A stretch of 38,205 nt of DNA from Candidatus Kaiserbacteria bacterium RIFCSPLOWO2_01_FULL_51_21 (GCA_001781435.1 MFLV01000023.1:11191-49395), one strand, 5' to 3'; positions 1-9,121 are shown, numbered from the stretch's first letter. Notes: generated by a model not told the origin, from the sequence alone. Made by a program: numbers and translations.

Positions 1-218
1 CCGGCAACAACGCGAGCGACGCGGCGGATTGAAATGATGCGCTGATCGAGGCCGGATTTGCCGAACTCGCCGCGGCGGCCGCCGCGGCGCGCATTCTTAG
101 ACCGTCTCCCCGTTCGGGAACCCTGTGAAGAAGCCGTCCTTACTTTTTCTTTCTCTTGAGCGACTACTCCCGCGGTGTTACTGCTTACTTCCAATTCTTT
201 TGTTTCATTTTCAGCCAT
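1..218 (-). CDS. rpsE: 30S ribosomal protein S5, N-terminal part (runs off the window)
   Basis: Manual translation from ATG 218: MAENETKELEV...GLDQRIISIRRVARVVAG, the uS5 N-domain motif; follows rplR. Confidence 0.93.
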   Translation of the reverse strand, partial: MAENETKELEVSSNTAGVVAQEKEKVRTASSQGSRTGRRSKNARRGGRRGEFGKSGLDQRIISIRRVARVVA

Positions 219-227
219 ACCGGTTAA

Positions 228-572
228 TTAGAATGAAAGCCCCGCATTGCGAGCGCTCGTCGCAAAGAGAGCGATAACGCCAGCGTAGCGATACCCGCCC
301 CGGTCGAACACCGCTTGGGTAATTTTTTTTGCCGCTGCTTTTTTCGCTAAGAGTTTTCCCATCTCTTCCGCCTTTTTCTGCATCGCGCCGGTAAGTCCTC
401 TCGAGGAAGCTGCAGCGAGCGTCACACTTTTTTCGTCGTCAACAAGCTGTGCGTAGAGCTCCCGATTCGATTTAAAAATGGAAAGTCTGGGTCGTGCGGC
501 AGTTCCTCGCACCTTCGCCCGAATTCGTGCATGCCGCCGTAGACGCTTTGTTTGTTTATTCGTTACGCTCAT
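228..572 (-). CDS. rplR: 50S ribosomal protein L18
   Basis: RRHARIRAKVRGTAARPRL, FDRGGYRY motifs; spc order. Confidence 0.97.
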   Translation of the reverse strand: MSVTNKQTKRLRRHARIRAKVRGTAARPRLSIFKSNRELYAQLVDDEKSVTLAAASSRGLTGAMQKKAEEMGKLLAKKAAAKKITQAVFDRGGYRYAGVIALFATSARNAGLSF

Positions 573-574
573 AG

Positions 575-1111
575 TTATGCCGTGGCAGTTGCCCGCTTAC
601 CTTCCTTGCGTCTGATGATCTCGTCAGAATAGCGGATACCTTTCCCTTTGTATGGTTCGGGCTTCTTAAGAGCCCGGACTTTCGCGGCAAACTGCCCGAC
701 CGCCTCACGATCAATGCCGGAAATCGTCATCGTTCCCTTCTCGATGCTCACCTTTAAGCCTTCTGGAATCGGTATTTTGACGGGGTGCGAAAAACCGAGC
801 GCCAAGGTGAGTGTAGTGCCTGAAACTTCAGCGCGATAACCGATGCCTTCAATGATAAGCTGTTTGGAAAATGGCTTGTTGACCCCTGCGATCATATTTT
901 TGATATGCGCCGTCGATGTTCCCCAAAGCGCCACTTTCTCAGGATCACCGAGTTTTAGTTCAATCGTTTTCTCAAGAATGATAAGTGAGACGCCGCTTGG
1001 GAGCGTGCGCATAAGTTGCCCGCCGGGTCCTTTCACGCGTACGATGTTGCCTTCAACCGTCACCTCGGTTTTCTCCGGTACTGTAATGATTTGTTTGCCG
1101 ATCCTGCTCAT
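575..1111 (-). CDS. rplF: 50S ribosomal protein L6
   Basis: MSRIGK start at 1111; PEPYKGKGIRY motif. Confidence 0.97.
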   Translation of the reverse strand: MSRIGKQIITVPEKTEVTVEGNIVRVKGPGGQLMRTLPSGVSLIILEKTIELKLGDPEKVALWGTSTAHIKNMIAGVNKPFSKQLIIEGIGYRAEVSGTTLTLALGFSHPVKIPIPEGLKVSIEKGTMTISGIDREAVGQFAAKVRALKKPEPYKGKGIRYSDEIIRRKEGKRATATA

Positions 1112-1119
1112 AATTATAG

Positions 1120-1515
1120 TTACCAAATCTTAAACAGTGCCTCTCCGCCGACCCGCTCCTTGCGCGCCTGCCGGTCCGTGAGAATTCCTTTGGGCGTTGA
1201 GAGGATAAGTGACCCTTTTCCTGATTTCACCGGGCGCAGATCCCGTACGCTTTCATATATCCGCCTCCCTGGTTTTGAAATACGCTTAACTCCAGAGAGC
1301 CGCGGGAACCCGGCTTTATTGTAGGTAATTCCCACTTCCAGCAACTTTTTCACCTTTTTGCCTTGCTTGTTCACCGACTCAAGATATCCTTCCTTCCGCA
1401 GTGCTTCAGCAACTGCGTGGCGTAATTTCGAATACGGTGCGATCACTGACGATTTTTTGACCGCCGCCGCGTTTTTAAGCTGTATAATAAAATCTCCGAT
1501 AGGGTCCGTTACCAT
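1120..1515 (-). CDS. rpsH: 30S ribosomal protein S8
   Basis: [25 protein letters not shown] motifs. Confidence 0.97.
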   Translation of the reverse strand: MVTDPIGDFIIQLKNAAAVKKSSVIAPYSKLRHAVAEALRKEGYLESVNKQGKKVKKLLEVGITYNKAGFPRLSGVKRISKPGRRIYESVRDLRPVKSGKGSLILSTPKGILTDRQARKERVGGEALFKIW

Positions 1516-1694
1516 GACGATTTCTTAATTCCGGGAATTTCTCCTTCGTTTGCAAGCTCGCGGAAGCAGATACGGCAGAGGTCAAAATCGCGCATGTAGC
1601 CGCGCTTGCGCCCGCAGCGGAAACAGCGCCGAACCACCCGAGACTTGAATTTCGGGGTTTTCTTTGAGCGCGCTACGGTTGACGTTTTCGCCAT
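1509..1694 (-). CDS. rpsN: 30S ribosomal protein S14, zinc-binding type Z
   Basis: 61 aa from ATG 1694; RCFRCGR...[10 protein letters not shown]...KSSW. Confidence 0.96.
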   Translation of the reverse strand: MAKTSTVARSKKTPKFKSRVVRRCFRCGRKRGYMRDFDLCRICFRELANEGEIPGIKKSSW

Positions 1695-1728
1695 GCGTAA
1701 ATAAAAAGACCCCCATGGAGTCTCGCAA

Positions 1729-1757
1729 ATATTAGCAATTTGAACCCTTGAAGTCAA
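1729..1757 (-). promoter_or_regulatory. Putative internal sigma70 promoter for rpsN-rpsH-rplF-rplR-rpsE
   Basis: TTGACT-17 bp-TAATAT in the rplE-rpsN gap. Confidence 0.65.
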
Positions 1758-1809
1758 ACAACAGAGAGTTCTCCTAAGAAGAGGCTCTAGGTCTTTATTC
1801 AAAACAGTT

Positions 1810-2355
1810 CTAAGGCTGTTTCTGAAACGGCACACCAAGCTCCTTGAAAAACGCCGCTGATTCTTCCTTGTTTCTTGCTGTGGTAACAATGGTCACCGCA
1901 AAACCAAATACATCTTTGAGTTCCTCGTCGGCGGTTTCCGGAAAAATGGTGTGCTCTTTGATGCCGATGGTGAGGTTCCCCATCTCGTCAATCGCCTTAG
2001 GGGATATGCCGCGGAAGTCCTTGGTACGAGGAAGTGCCGTATTCAAAAGACGGTCTAAAAAATCATACATCCGCTTGCCGCGCAATGTCACCTGATAGCC
2101 TATGGTGTCCCCCTGCACCACTTTAAACGAGGCGATGGATTTCTTCGCTCCTCGGGGCGCCGCCTTTTGGCCGGTAATTTTTGCAAGCCGATCTATAACG
2201 ACAGCATGCCGATTTTTATCTTTCGCCACTTTCCCGACGCCGACTGAAACGATGACCTTCTGAAGCCGCGGCGACTGCATGACGCTCGTATAGTTAAACG
2301 GCGACTTGAGCGCCTGGAAAGACTTCTTTTCTTTTTCTTTAGTGAGAGACGCCAT
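1810..2355 (-). CDS. rplE: 50S ribosomal protein L5
   Basis: [27 protein letters not shown]; start at ATG 2355. Confidence 0.97.
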   Translation of the reverse strand: MASLTKEKEKKSFQALKSPFNYTSVMQSPRLQKVIVSVGVGKVAKDKNRHAVVIDRLAKITGQKAAPRGAKKSIASFKVVQGDTIGYQVTLRGKRMYDFLDRLLNTALPRTKDFRGISPKAIDEMGNLTIGIKEHTIFPETADEELKDVFGFAVTIVTTARNKEESAAFFKELGVPFQKQP

Positions 2356-2359
2356 GCTT

Positions 2360-2617
2360 TTATTTCTCTTTAGTGCGATGCCGCATCGTTTTGCCGCTCC
2401 CACCCACAAGCATCACGTTTGAAACATGGATAGGCATCGTTTTATCGATGATCTGCCCTTTTTGGTTCGCTTTCGTCGCTCGTTGGTGGCGTTTCTTTAT
2501 ATTTACCCCCTCAACCACAACCAAGTCTTCCCTGGGGAGAGCTCGAAGAACTTTGCCGCTTTTGCCGCGGTCTTTTCCAGAAATCACTTTCACCGTGTCT
2601 CCCTTTTTGATTTTCAT
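2360..2617 (-). CDS. rplX: 50S ribosomal protein L24 (short form)
   Basis: KOW motif MKIKKGDTVKVISGKDRGK; PIHVSNV. Confidence 0.96.
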   Translation of the reverse strand: MKIKKGDTVKVISGKDRGKSGKVLRALPREDLVVVEGVNIKKRHQRATKANQKGQIIDKTMPIHVSNVMLVGGSGKTMRHRTKEK

Positions 2618-2622
2618 ATTTT

Positions 2623-3003
2623 CTAAACCACCTCGGGAGCTAACGAAATAATTTTTTGGTAGCCGAGTTCCGCAAGTTCGCGCGGAATGGGACCGAAAAC
2701 GCGAGCTGCTTTGGGCTCTTTTTTGTTCTTACCACTTGTCTCAAGAAGCACCACGGCATTTTCATCAAAGCGGATATAGGAGCCGTCTCGCCGGCGCATC
2801 GGCTGTACTTGTCGTACGACAACGGCATGGTGTACATCCTTTTTCTTAGTCATCTTGCGCGGCTCCGCGCTCTGCACCGAAAGAACCACCACGTCGCCGA
2901 TACGCGCATAGCGCTTGCGAGTGCTCCCAAGAATTTTGAAAATCCTCCCTATCTTCGCTCCGGAATTGTCCGCGATAGTTACCAATGTGCGAGGTTGGAT
3001 CAT
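2623..3003 (-). CDS. rplN: 50S ribosomal protein L14
   Basis: [21 protein letters not shown]. Confidence 0.97.
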   Translation of the reverse strand: MIQPRTLVTIADNSGAKIGRIFKILGSTRKRYARIGDVVVLSVQSAEPRKMTKKKDVHHAVVVRQVQPMRRRDGSYIRFDENAVVLLETSGKNKKEPKAARVFGPIPRELAELGYQKIISLAPEVV

Positions 3004-3257
3004 ATGATTTTAAAATGCTTGTGCTTCGATATCGGCCTTGTCTCTTCAATCCGAACTTTCTCTCCAACTTTATGGGCATTCCCCGGATCATGTGCCTGAA
3101 AACGCTTTGCGCGGCGAATGAACTTCTTATACGTCGGATGCATAACAAAGCGCTCAACACGCACCACCGCCGTGTCTTTCATCTTGTCGGAAACGACGAT
3201 ACCCTGCAGTATCTTCTTTTTATCCGGTGTATGGTTTTGTGTTGCCTCGTCTTTCAT
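3000..3257 (-). CDS. rpsQ: 30S ribosomal protein S17
   Basis: [21 protein letters not shown]. Confidence 0.97.
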   Translation of the reverse strand: MKDEATQNHTPDKKKILQGIVVSDKMKDTAVVRVERFVMHPTYKKFIRRAKRFQAHDPGNAHKVGEKVRIEETRPISKHKHFKII

Positions 3258-3260
3258 ACG

Positions 3261-3449
3261 TTACGCGGTTTTTGATAACTGTTTCAACTTGGTATTGATG
3301 CGGGCAATATCTTTATGCAAGTTTTTCCCTTCCTTCACATTACGCGCCTTGCTCCCCGCAAGGCCAAACCGGAACTGCCGGAGTGCCTCCTGCTTTTCAA
3401 GAAGTAATTTCTTGAGATCCATTGGGGTTTTGTTTTTTAGGTCAATCAT
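3261..3449 (-). CDS. rpmC: 50S ribosomal protein L29
   Basis: LRQFRF...KDIARINT; lies between rplP and rpsQ. Confidence 0.94.
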   Translation of the reverse strand: MIDLKNKTPMDLKKLLLEKQEALRQFRFGLAGSKARNVKEGKNLHKDIARINTKLKQLSKTA

Positions 3450-3451
3450 AC

Positions 3452-3871
3452 CTATTCTCGCGCGACTACCTTGACTTTGAGGGGGAGTTTCGCGCCAGCC
3501 TTGCGAAGCGCCTCTTTACCCATTGCCTCTGTGGTGCCGTCAACTTCAAACAGGATACGTCCTGGAAAGACCTGCACCTCGTACCCCTGTGGATCGCCCT
3601 TGCCCTTTCCCATACCGACTTCAGCCGGCTTTGCCGTATAGGGGCGGTCGGGAAAAATCCGCGTCCAAAGCCTCCCTGTTTTCCCTAAGTAGCGTGACGC
3701 GGCGCGGCGAGCGGCTTCTATTTGGTTGGAAGTGATGCGCTTAGCCGAGAGCGCTCGTAATCCGTAAGAACCGAAAGCAACCGTGAGTCCCCGTGTTTCA
3801 ACCCGATGTTTTTTTGGATTCCGGCGACTCGTTTGCCACTTTCTAAATTTTACTTTCTTTGGAAACAGCAT
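3452..3871 (-). CDS. rplP: 50S ribosomal protein L16
   Basis: MLFPKKVKFRK, QIEAAR, MGKGKG. Confidence 0.97.
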   Translation of the reverse strand: MLFPKKVKFRKWQTSRRNPKKHRVETRGLTVAFGSYGLRALSAKRITSNQIEAARRAASRYLGKTGRLWTRIFPDRPYTAKPAEVGMGKGKGDPQGYEVQVFPGRILFEVDGTTEAMGKEALRKAGAKLPLKVKVVARE

Positions 3872-3873
3872 GG

Positions 3874-4536
3874 TTATTTCTTAGCAAACACTTCACCGCG
3901 GTAAATCCAGACCTTGACGCCAATGACGCCGTAGGGAAGATACGCTTTCTCGCGGGCAAAATCAATATCTGCGCGAAGCGTTTGCAAGGGAATGCGTCCG
4001 CGTTTCTGCTCCTCGGTACGAGACATGTCTGCTCCGCCAAGGCGCCCCGAAATGGCAATGCGGACGCCCAAAACATCGCGATTTGCCATAGTCTTTTCTA
4101 TTGTCTGCTTCAGTACCCGGCGGAACGGCATGCGTTTCTCAAGCGCTTCGGCAACCATATGACCGACAATTGCAGCATTCGATTCCGGCGAGCGCACTTC
4201 CTCAATATCGAGCCGAAACTCAGGCATCGATGCGAGTTTGAGTTTCGCGATTTCTGCTTTTATTTCCGCAGTGAGCCGTGTCGAACCTTCTCCGCTTCTG
4301 CCGATGATAAGACCGGGACGGGAAGTTTTAACAATGACGCGAAGCGTCTTCGAACTCCTTTCTATTTCCACCGTGCTTACGTACATGCCGCGCAGACGCT
4401 TGGTCAAGAAGCGGCGTATGGTGGTATCGACTTTGAGAAATTCCCGGTATTGCTTGGGGTTGCCGCTAAACCAGCGCGATTTCCAGTCGCGTAAAATGCC
4501 AAGCCGGTGTGAATAGGGGTGGACGATGTGGGTCAT
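3874..4536 (-). CDS. rpsC: 30S ribosomal protein S3
   Basis: KH motif RPGLIIGRSG; GRIPLQTLRADID; GVIGVKVWI. Confidence 0.97.
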   Translation of the reverse strand: MTHIVHPYSHRLGILRDWKSRWFSGNPKQYREFLKVDTTIRRFLTKRLRGMYVSTVEIERSSKTLRVIVKTSRPGLIIGRSGEGSTRLTAEIKAEIAKLKLASMPEFRLDIEEVRSPESNAAIVGHMVAEALEKRMPFRRVLKQTIEKTMANRDVLGVRIAISGRLGGADMSRTEEQKRGRIPLQTLRADIDFAREKAYLPYGVIGVKVWIYRGEVFAKK

Positions 4537-4550
4537 GGGATTAGGGGTAA

Positions 4551-4621
4551 GAATTACGAATTAAGAATCACGAATAAATGCATGATCCCATTCTTACTTC
4601 TTACTTCGTACTTCGTTATTC
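4551..4621. repeat. Inverted pair of heptamer arrays; the right arm lies in the rplV 3' end
   Basis: GAATTAC GAATTAA GAATCAC GAATAAA (4551-4578) faces TTACTTC TTACTTC GTACTTC GTTATTC (4594-4621). Confidence 0.8.
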
Positions 4622-5019
4622 GACCCACTTGAGCGGAGCTCAAGGGTGATGTGGCTCGTGCGCTTTCTGATGGGAGTCGCCCTCCCGCGCGCGCGAGGCA
4701 TGGATTTCTTAAAGACAAAGCCCTTATCGACGGCGATGTTTTTTATTAAAAGGTTTTCCTTTTCTAACCCACCCTGCTTTGCGTTTGCAACCGCCGCGGC
4801 AAGAAGTTTCTTTACTTGTTTTGCGGCAAGTTTATCCATATGGGTTAAAAGGATCTCCGCGCGTGACACACTTTTACCGCGAATAGCATCGGCAACGAGC
4901 CTGACTTTGCGGGGAGACTGCCGATAGTTTTTTAAAATCGCTTTCGCCCCGTTAGAGATAGGAAGCTGCGCTTCCGAGTGCTTCGTTGTTTCTTTATTTA
5001 GTTGCCTTATCTGTGCCAT
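4594..5019 (-). CDS. rplV: 50S ribosomal protein L22 with an element-derived N-terminal extension
   Basis: NYRQSPRKVRLVAD, PRARGRA, RTSHIT; the first 24 codons lie inside the 4947-5066 element. Confidence 0.95.
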   Translation of the reverse strand: MAQIRQLNKETTKHSEAQLPISNGAKAILKNYRQSPRKVRLVADAIRGKSVSRAEILLTHMDKLAAKQVKKLLAAAVANAKQGGLEKENLLIKNIAVDKGFVFKKSMPRARGRATPIRKRTSHITLELRSSGSNNEVRSKK

Positions 5020-5066
5020 ATATTTCTTTCTTTATTTAAGACAAACTTCCGTAATCTCTAACGGGA
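4947..5066. mobile_element. Palindromic mini-element A (120 bp, GTT/AAC subtype) in the rplV start
   Basis: Ends CCCCGTTAGAGAT and ATCTCTAACGGGA; flanks TTCG (4943-4946) and TTCA (5067-5070). Confidence 0.75.
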
Positions 5067-5076
5067 TTCATCAAGA

Positions 5077-5445
5077 TCATTTCTTTCCAGCCGGCGGCGC
5101 AGTTGTTCCTTCGGTGGTGGCAGCTTTTGCGGCTTGAGCGGAGGCAATCTCAGCTTGCTTTCTCTTCTCCTCAAGCTCTTTTTGCATCTTACCTCCATGT
5201 CGCAGAAATTTCTTGGTCGGAGAAAACTCGCCCAGACGATGCCCCACCATATCTTCCGTGACAAAAACGTCCACGTGTACTTTGCCGTTGTAGACGCCAA
5301 AAGTGAAACCGACCATTTCCGGCGCAATTTGACTCCGGCGCGCCCAGGTCTTAATAACCCCCGCCTTTTCAGATGGGCGTTTGCCGGCAATCTTTTTCAG
5401 CAATGTTTCGTCCACATAGGGACCTTTGATGAGGGACCGTGCCAT
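5077..5445 (-). CDS. rpsS: 30S ribosomal protein S19 with a C-terminal extension
   Basis: [30 protein letters not shown]. Confidence 0.97.
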   Translation of the reverse strand: MARSLIKGPYVDETLLKKIAGKRPSEKAGVIKTWARRSQIAPEMVGFTFGVYNGKVHVDVFVTEDMVGHRLGEFSPTKKFLRHGGKMQKELEEKRKQAEIASAQAAKAATTEGTTAPPAGKK

Positions 5446-5474
5446 AACAAAAAAGCTCTTGCGAGCGTCTGGCT

Positions 5475-5503
5475 ATACTACGAAAACAATGAGTGAAAGT
5501 CAA
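5475..5503 (-). promoter_or_regulatory. Putative internal sigma70 promoter for rpsS onward
   Basis: TTGACT-17 bp-TAGTAT; the -35 overlaps the direct repeat of element B. Confidence 0.65.
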
Positions 5504-5504
5504 A

Positions 5505-5568
5505 CCCCGTAGCGAATTTTGGCGATAGGGTTCCTGCGCTTCACGCGTCGCAAAAATCTACTACAGGG
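5505..5568 (-). mobile_element. Palindromic mini-element B (64 bp, GTAG/CTAC subtype)
   Basis: Minus strand CCCTGTAGTAGATTTTTGCGA...TCGCCAAAATTCGCTACGGGG; TTTGA repeated on both sides (5500-5504, 5569-5573). Confidence 0.8.
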
Positions 5569-5838
5569 TCAAACGAGAGCCGGCACAATCTTATTGAGAT
5601 TCTTTTTGAATTGCGTAAGCGTACCGCGAGATTTCGCATGGAGAAGTCCGCGAATCATTAGAAGTCCTTCTTCATAGGCGCTTCTGCTTTCGGACCTGCG
5701 CAGAAGCGCAAGCCCGTGATAGGCACGCCCAAGTGAATCCTGGTATTGCTGGAGATTTCCATGGTCGAGGGCAGAGATTGAGCGCACCACGTCAGCGGCA
5801 AGATTGCCGAACTGTAGTGCCGCCACAGGATCCATCAT
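5569..5838 (-). CDS. Small helical hypothetical protein coupled to the DUF5674 gene
   Basis: 89 aa ORF; ATGA overlap with the upstream stop. Confidence 0.75.
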   Translation of the reverse strand: MMDPVAALQFGNLAADVVRSISALDHGNLQQYQDSLGRAYHGLALLRRSESRSAYEEGLLMIRGLLHAKSRGTLTQFKKNLNKIVPALV

Positions 5839-6200
5839 AGGTTGAGCTCCGGTATGTGTTTCTGCACGAGCCCCCGTATGAGATTTCTAAGCAGAGGGTC
5901 CTGCAATTCCATTTCATGGTTTCCCTGCCCGGGGCGAATATTGATGAGTGAAATATATTCAAGAGCCTCCTCCCCCTCTTCCTCGGGATAGAGATTAAAC
6001 CCCCAGGTATCCTCCGGCAGAGAGCCATCCAAAATAAGATGGGCATTCGCGTCCATGTGCCAATCGCCGCCAAGCGCTACAGTGCCGCGGCGGCAATCGG
6101 CAACACCCTTGACCATGGTGCCGTGCCAGCGGCTCGCAAGATCACGAACTTCATCAAGAGAGAGCGGTTCGCGGACAATAAGAATCTCAGGATTTTCCAT
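5835..6200 (-). CDS. DUF5674 family protein
   Basis: VKGVAD...ALGGDWHMD...LDGS...WGFNLYP...SLINIRPGQGN..MELQDP, recognised from memory of the family. Confidence 0.8.
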   Translation of the reverse strand: MENPEILIVREPLSLDEVRDLASRWHGTMVKGVADCRRGTVALGGDWHMDANAHLILDGSLPEDTWGFNLYPEEEGEEALEYISLINIRPGQGNHEMELQDPLLRNLIRGLVQKHIPELNL

Positions 6201-6252
6201 ATACCAGCTATCATACCGTGCAGATACGTGCTCGAGAAGTTATGCCAATACC

Positions 6253-6286
6253 AAAACATCCCCACGCCTTGGCGTGGGGATGTTTT
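6253..6286 (-). terminator. Intrinsic terminator after rplB
   Basis: AAAACATCCCCACGCC / GGCGTGGGGATGTTTT inverted repeat directly after the stop. Confidence 0.75.
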
Positions 6287-6287
6287 T

Positions 6288-7142
6288 TTACTGAGTGGTA
6301 TTCCGTTTCTTGCCGACTTTGCGACGGGAAATAATCAAATAATTAGAATATTTTTTCGGCCGACGGCTCTTCTGCCCCTTGCCGGTTGGCTTGCCCCACA
6401 TCGAAATAGCGCGACGGCGGCCACGGCCAGAGCGTCCTTCACCGCCACCATGAGGATGGTCAACCGGGTTCATCGCGGAGCCTCGCACCGTCGGGCGAAT
6501 GCCGAGCCAGCGGGACCGTCCCGCTTTGCCGATATTGACAAGTTTCCGCTCAGGATTTGAAACCTCACCTACCGAAGCCCATGCGGTATTAAGAATCATT
6601 CGCACTTCAGTTGAAGGCATTTTTACCTGTGTGTAAGGGCTATCCTGAGCAACGATCTCTGCATAATTGCCGGCGCCGCGCGCAAGTTTTCCCCCATTCA
6701 TCGGTTTCAGTTCAATATTATAGACAAAGGTACCAACGGGAATGTTTTTCAAAGGCAGACGGTTACCGGGCACCACTTTGGCCGTTTCAGAAACGATGAA
6801 AGTGTCGCCGACCTTAAGCGAGCGCGGCAGAAGAACATAGCGCCGCTCGCCGTCTTTGTACACAACCCGGCCGATAAAGCCGCCGCGATTCGGGTCGTAC
6901 TCGATTGTTTCAATGGTTGCAGGAATGTCGTGTTTGTTGTACTGAAAATCAATCTCGCGGAAAAGCCGTTTGTGCCCGCCTCCCTTATGGCGCACCGTGA
7001 TGCGGCCAAAAGCATTGCGTCCCACAAAACGCTTGCCGCCGTGTGTCAGCGGTTTATGCGGTTCAGTTGCAGTCAAGAATTTACGATATTCAATTCCGCT
7101 CATGCCGCGCTGGCCTGGTGTTTTTGGTTTGAGGTATTTCAT
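6288..7142 (-). CDS. rplB: 50S ribosomal protein L2
   Basis: GRITVRHKGGGHK, IEYDPNR, AMNPVDHPHGGGEG. Confidence 0.98.
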   Translation of the reverse strand: MKYLKPKTPGQRGMSGIEYRKFLTATEPHKPLTHGGKRFVGRNAFGRITVRHKGGGHKRLFREIDFQYNKHDIPATIETIEYDPNRGGFIGRVVYKDGERRYVLLPRSLKVGDTFIVSETAKVVPGNRLPLKNIPVGTFVYNIELKPMNGGKLARGAGNYAEIVAQDSPYTQVKMPSTEVRMILNTAWASVGEVSNPERKLVNIGKAGRSRWLGIRPTVRGSAMNPVDHPHGGGEGRSGRGRRRAISMWGKPTGKGQKSRRPKKYSNYLIISRRKVGKKRNTTQ

Positions 7143-7145
7143 GGT

Positions 7146-7571
7146 TTATACCATCTCAATCTTATCCCCTGCTTTAAGATACACATACGCCTTCTTGCCG
7201 CCCGCCTTTATGCCGCGAATACGGCGGTTGAAAATAACTTTCGCGGGGATTTTAGTAATTGCGACTTTCCGCGGGCTTACTCCGTAAATCTCCCGCACTG
7301 CCATTTTAATATCGCGCTTGCTGGCTCTCGGAGCAACAATAAACACGTACGTCCCTTTTTCATTCGCAAACGAGGCTTTTTCAGTGATGCGGGGCGAGCG
7401 GAGTATACCGGCATATGTTCCCTTTGCGGCTTGCACCGTTTTTGCCTGGTTCACTTTCGGAGCCGTTTCTTTCGCTGATGGTCCCTTCACCTCTTTTTTC
7501 ACGCGCGAGGGTTGTACCAGCGTTTGAGCTTTTTTTTCTTCAGTATTCTTTTTTCTCTCAAATAGCGCCAT
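7146..7571 (-). CDS. rplW: 50S ribosomal protein L23 with a Lys-rich N-terminal extension
   Basis: PRITEKA, KKAYVYLKAG. Confidence 0.95.
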   Translation of the reverse strand: MALFERKKNTEEKKAQTLVQPSRVKKEVKGPSAKETAPKVNQAKTVQAAKGTYAGILRSPRITEKASFANEKGTYVFIVAPRASKRDIKMAVREIYGVSPRKVAITKIPAKVIFNRRIRGIKAGGKKAYVYLKAGDKIEMV

Positions 7572-7574
7572 GGA

Positions 7575-8246
7575 TTATTTTTTCAGCGCCGCACGCTTCG
7601 CAATGAGGCCGAGGGAAATCTGCGGGTCGACAATTGCTACATAGGTGTATTTGAGCACGTCGCGCGGATTTAGGTTGCGCACCTCGCCGACTTCCACGGT
7701 GCCGAAGTTACGGAAGCTTTTTTCAACCGCCTCATTTCGCGCGGGGAGCGCGATGAATACGGCATTCTTTTTCTTGCTTGCAAGCTTCTCAAACCCAGAG
7801 ACACCGGAGAGCGCCAAAAGCGCCTGCTTTGCTTCCTTTGCTTTCGGCATCGAGAATGAGAGCGAATCAACAAAGAGAACTTCTCCGTCCTTGAGCTTCC
7901 GCGAGAGCGCAGAGAAAAGCGCCTGTACCCGCATCTTTTTATTCAAGCCCTTCGCGAACACCCGCTCTTTAGTCGGTCCGAAGGTGATGCCGCCGCCGCG
8001 CCACAGTGGGCTCCGGATAGAGCCGTGCCGCGCGCGACCGGTGCCCTTCTGTTGCCAGGGCTTGCGTCCGCCGCCGCGCACTTCGCCGCGCTGTTTCGTG
8101 TGGGCGATCGGCACACGGGCATTGGCTTCCATCGCCACCACCACCTGGTGTACTAAATCAGGATTCCACTTTGCGCCAAATACACGCTCCGGCAGCGCAA
8201 CCATTCCAACTTTCTTTCCTTGCTGATTGAAAATAGTCGCCTCCAT
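7575..8246 (-). CDS. rplD: 50S ribosomal protein L4 (alternative start at 8345)
   Basis: TKQRGEVRGGGRKPWQQKGTGRARHGSIRSPLWRGGG. Confidence 0.96.
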   Translation of the reverse strand: MEATIFNQQGKKVGMVALPERVFGAKWNPDLVHQVVVAMEANARVPIAHTKQRGEVRGGGRKPWQQKGTGRARHGSIRSPLWRGGGITFGPTKERVFAKGLNKKMRVQALFSALSRKLKDGEVLFVDSLSFSMPKAKEAKQALLALSGVSGFEKLASKKKNAVFIALPARNEAVEKSFRNFGTVEVGEVRNLNPRDVLKYTYVAIVDPQISLGLIAKRAALKK

Positions 8247-8336
8247 ATTGTTTAAATTCTCAACAACTGGTTCAGAAGACGGACGTTTTGTCTTCCTCGG
8301 CGTTCGCGATACCACTTTTTTTGTTTTTATTTTTCC

Positions 8337-8364
8337 CTGATTCATAATTCTTGATTCCAGATTC
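8337..8364. repeat. Heptamer array, four units
   Basis: CTGATTC ATAATTC TTGATTC CAGATTC at the rplC-rplD junction. Confidence 0.7.
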
Positions 8365-8367
8365 CTC

Positions 8368-8997
8368 CTACATTCCGCGAACTTCGACGAGAGCGCCGCG
8401 GCGTCCCGGCACCGCACCGGAGACGACGAGCACATTGTTGTCCTTATCAATCTGAAGAACTTTCAAGTTTTTGACTGTTATGCGGTCTCCGCCCATACGC
8501 CCCGCCATACGCATACCCTTGATGACACGCCCTCCCGCACGACCGCCACCGCCGATGGAGCCTGGCTCGCGCTCCGAGTGCTTTTGGCCATGAGAGCGAG
8601 GCCCACCGTGGAAACCGTGCCGCTTCACCACACCCTGGAATCCTTTGCCTTTTGAAATTGCGGAGACGGCAACGGTATCGCCTTCTGCAAACACTGAAAC
8701 ATCGAATTGCTTCCCGACTTCCATATCCTCCAGTTTTTCTTTCCGGTCTTCATTCGGGCGAAATTCTTTGAGCCCGCGATAAAGCGCGCCACCCATTTTC
8801 CCTTTTTCAGCTTTAGTGAGATGCTTTTCTTTCCGCGTGCCGTAGCCAAGCACTACCGACGAGTATCCGTCCTTCTCCGGGAGTTTAACTTGCGTCACTG
8901 TCATGGGAGACACAATTAAAACAGTCGCCGGGTGAACTATCCCCTGCTCATCAAAAATTTGTGTCATTCCTTGCTTGGTTCCAACTATGAATTTCAT
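8368..8997 (-). CDS. rplC: 50S ribosomal protein L3
   Basis: Start MKFIVGTKQGMTQIF at 8997; SKGKGFQGVVKRHGF; MAGRMG. Confidence 0.97.
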   Translation of the reverse strand: MKFIVGTKQGMTQIFDEQGIVHPATVLIVSPMTVTQVKLPEKDGYSSVVLGYGTRKEKHLTKAEKGKMGGALYRGLKEFRPNEDRKEKLEDMEVGKQFDVSVFAEGDTVAVSAISKGKGFQGVVKRHGFHGGPRSHGQKHSEREPGSIGGGGRAGGRVIKGMRMAGRMGGDRITVKNLKVLQIDKDNNVLVVSGAVPGRRGALVEVRGM

Positions 8998-9093
8998 GAA
9001 ATGAAAAATGCGCCTCAATGGCGCAAGCAACGAGCTTGTGAGCCATTGGTCCGCCTTCGGCGGACTTAGCGACGCCAAAACTGGCGTAGGGAG

Positions 9094-9121
9094 AGTATAC
9101 ATGAGCACCTGAAAAATGCAA
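9094..9121 (-). promoter_or_regulatory. Putative sigma70 promoter for rplC, followed by a multi-hairpin leader
   Basis: TTGCAT-16 bp-TATACT; leader hairpins ACGCCA/TGGCGT, GTCCGCC-GAA-GGCGGAC and TGCGCC/GGCGCA. Confidence 0.6.

Noticed and set aside
1695-1889. Long N-terminal extensions in the ORF track for rpsN (also rplC, tuf, pgk, pilB, rplE)
   Set aside because: They run through promoters or neighbouring genes; conserved starts lie downstream.
5505-5568. Branched fold of elements B and E as tRNA genes
   Set aside because: No T-loop or D-loop consensus, no anticodon arm and no CCA end.
9049-9066. GTCCGCC-GAA-GGCGGAC hairpin as another mini-element
   Set aside because: Lacks the CCCCG/CGGGG ends and flanking repeat; treated as part of the rplC leader.
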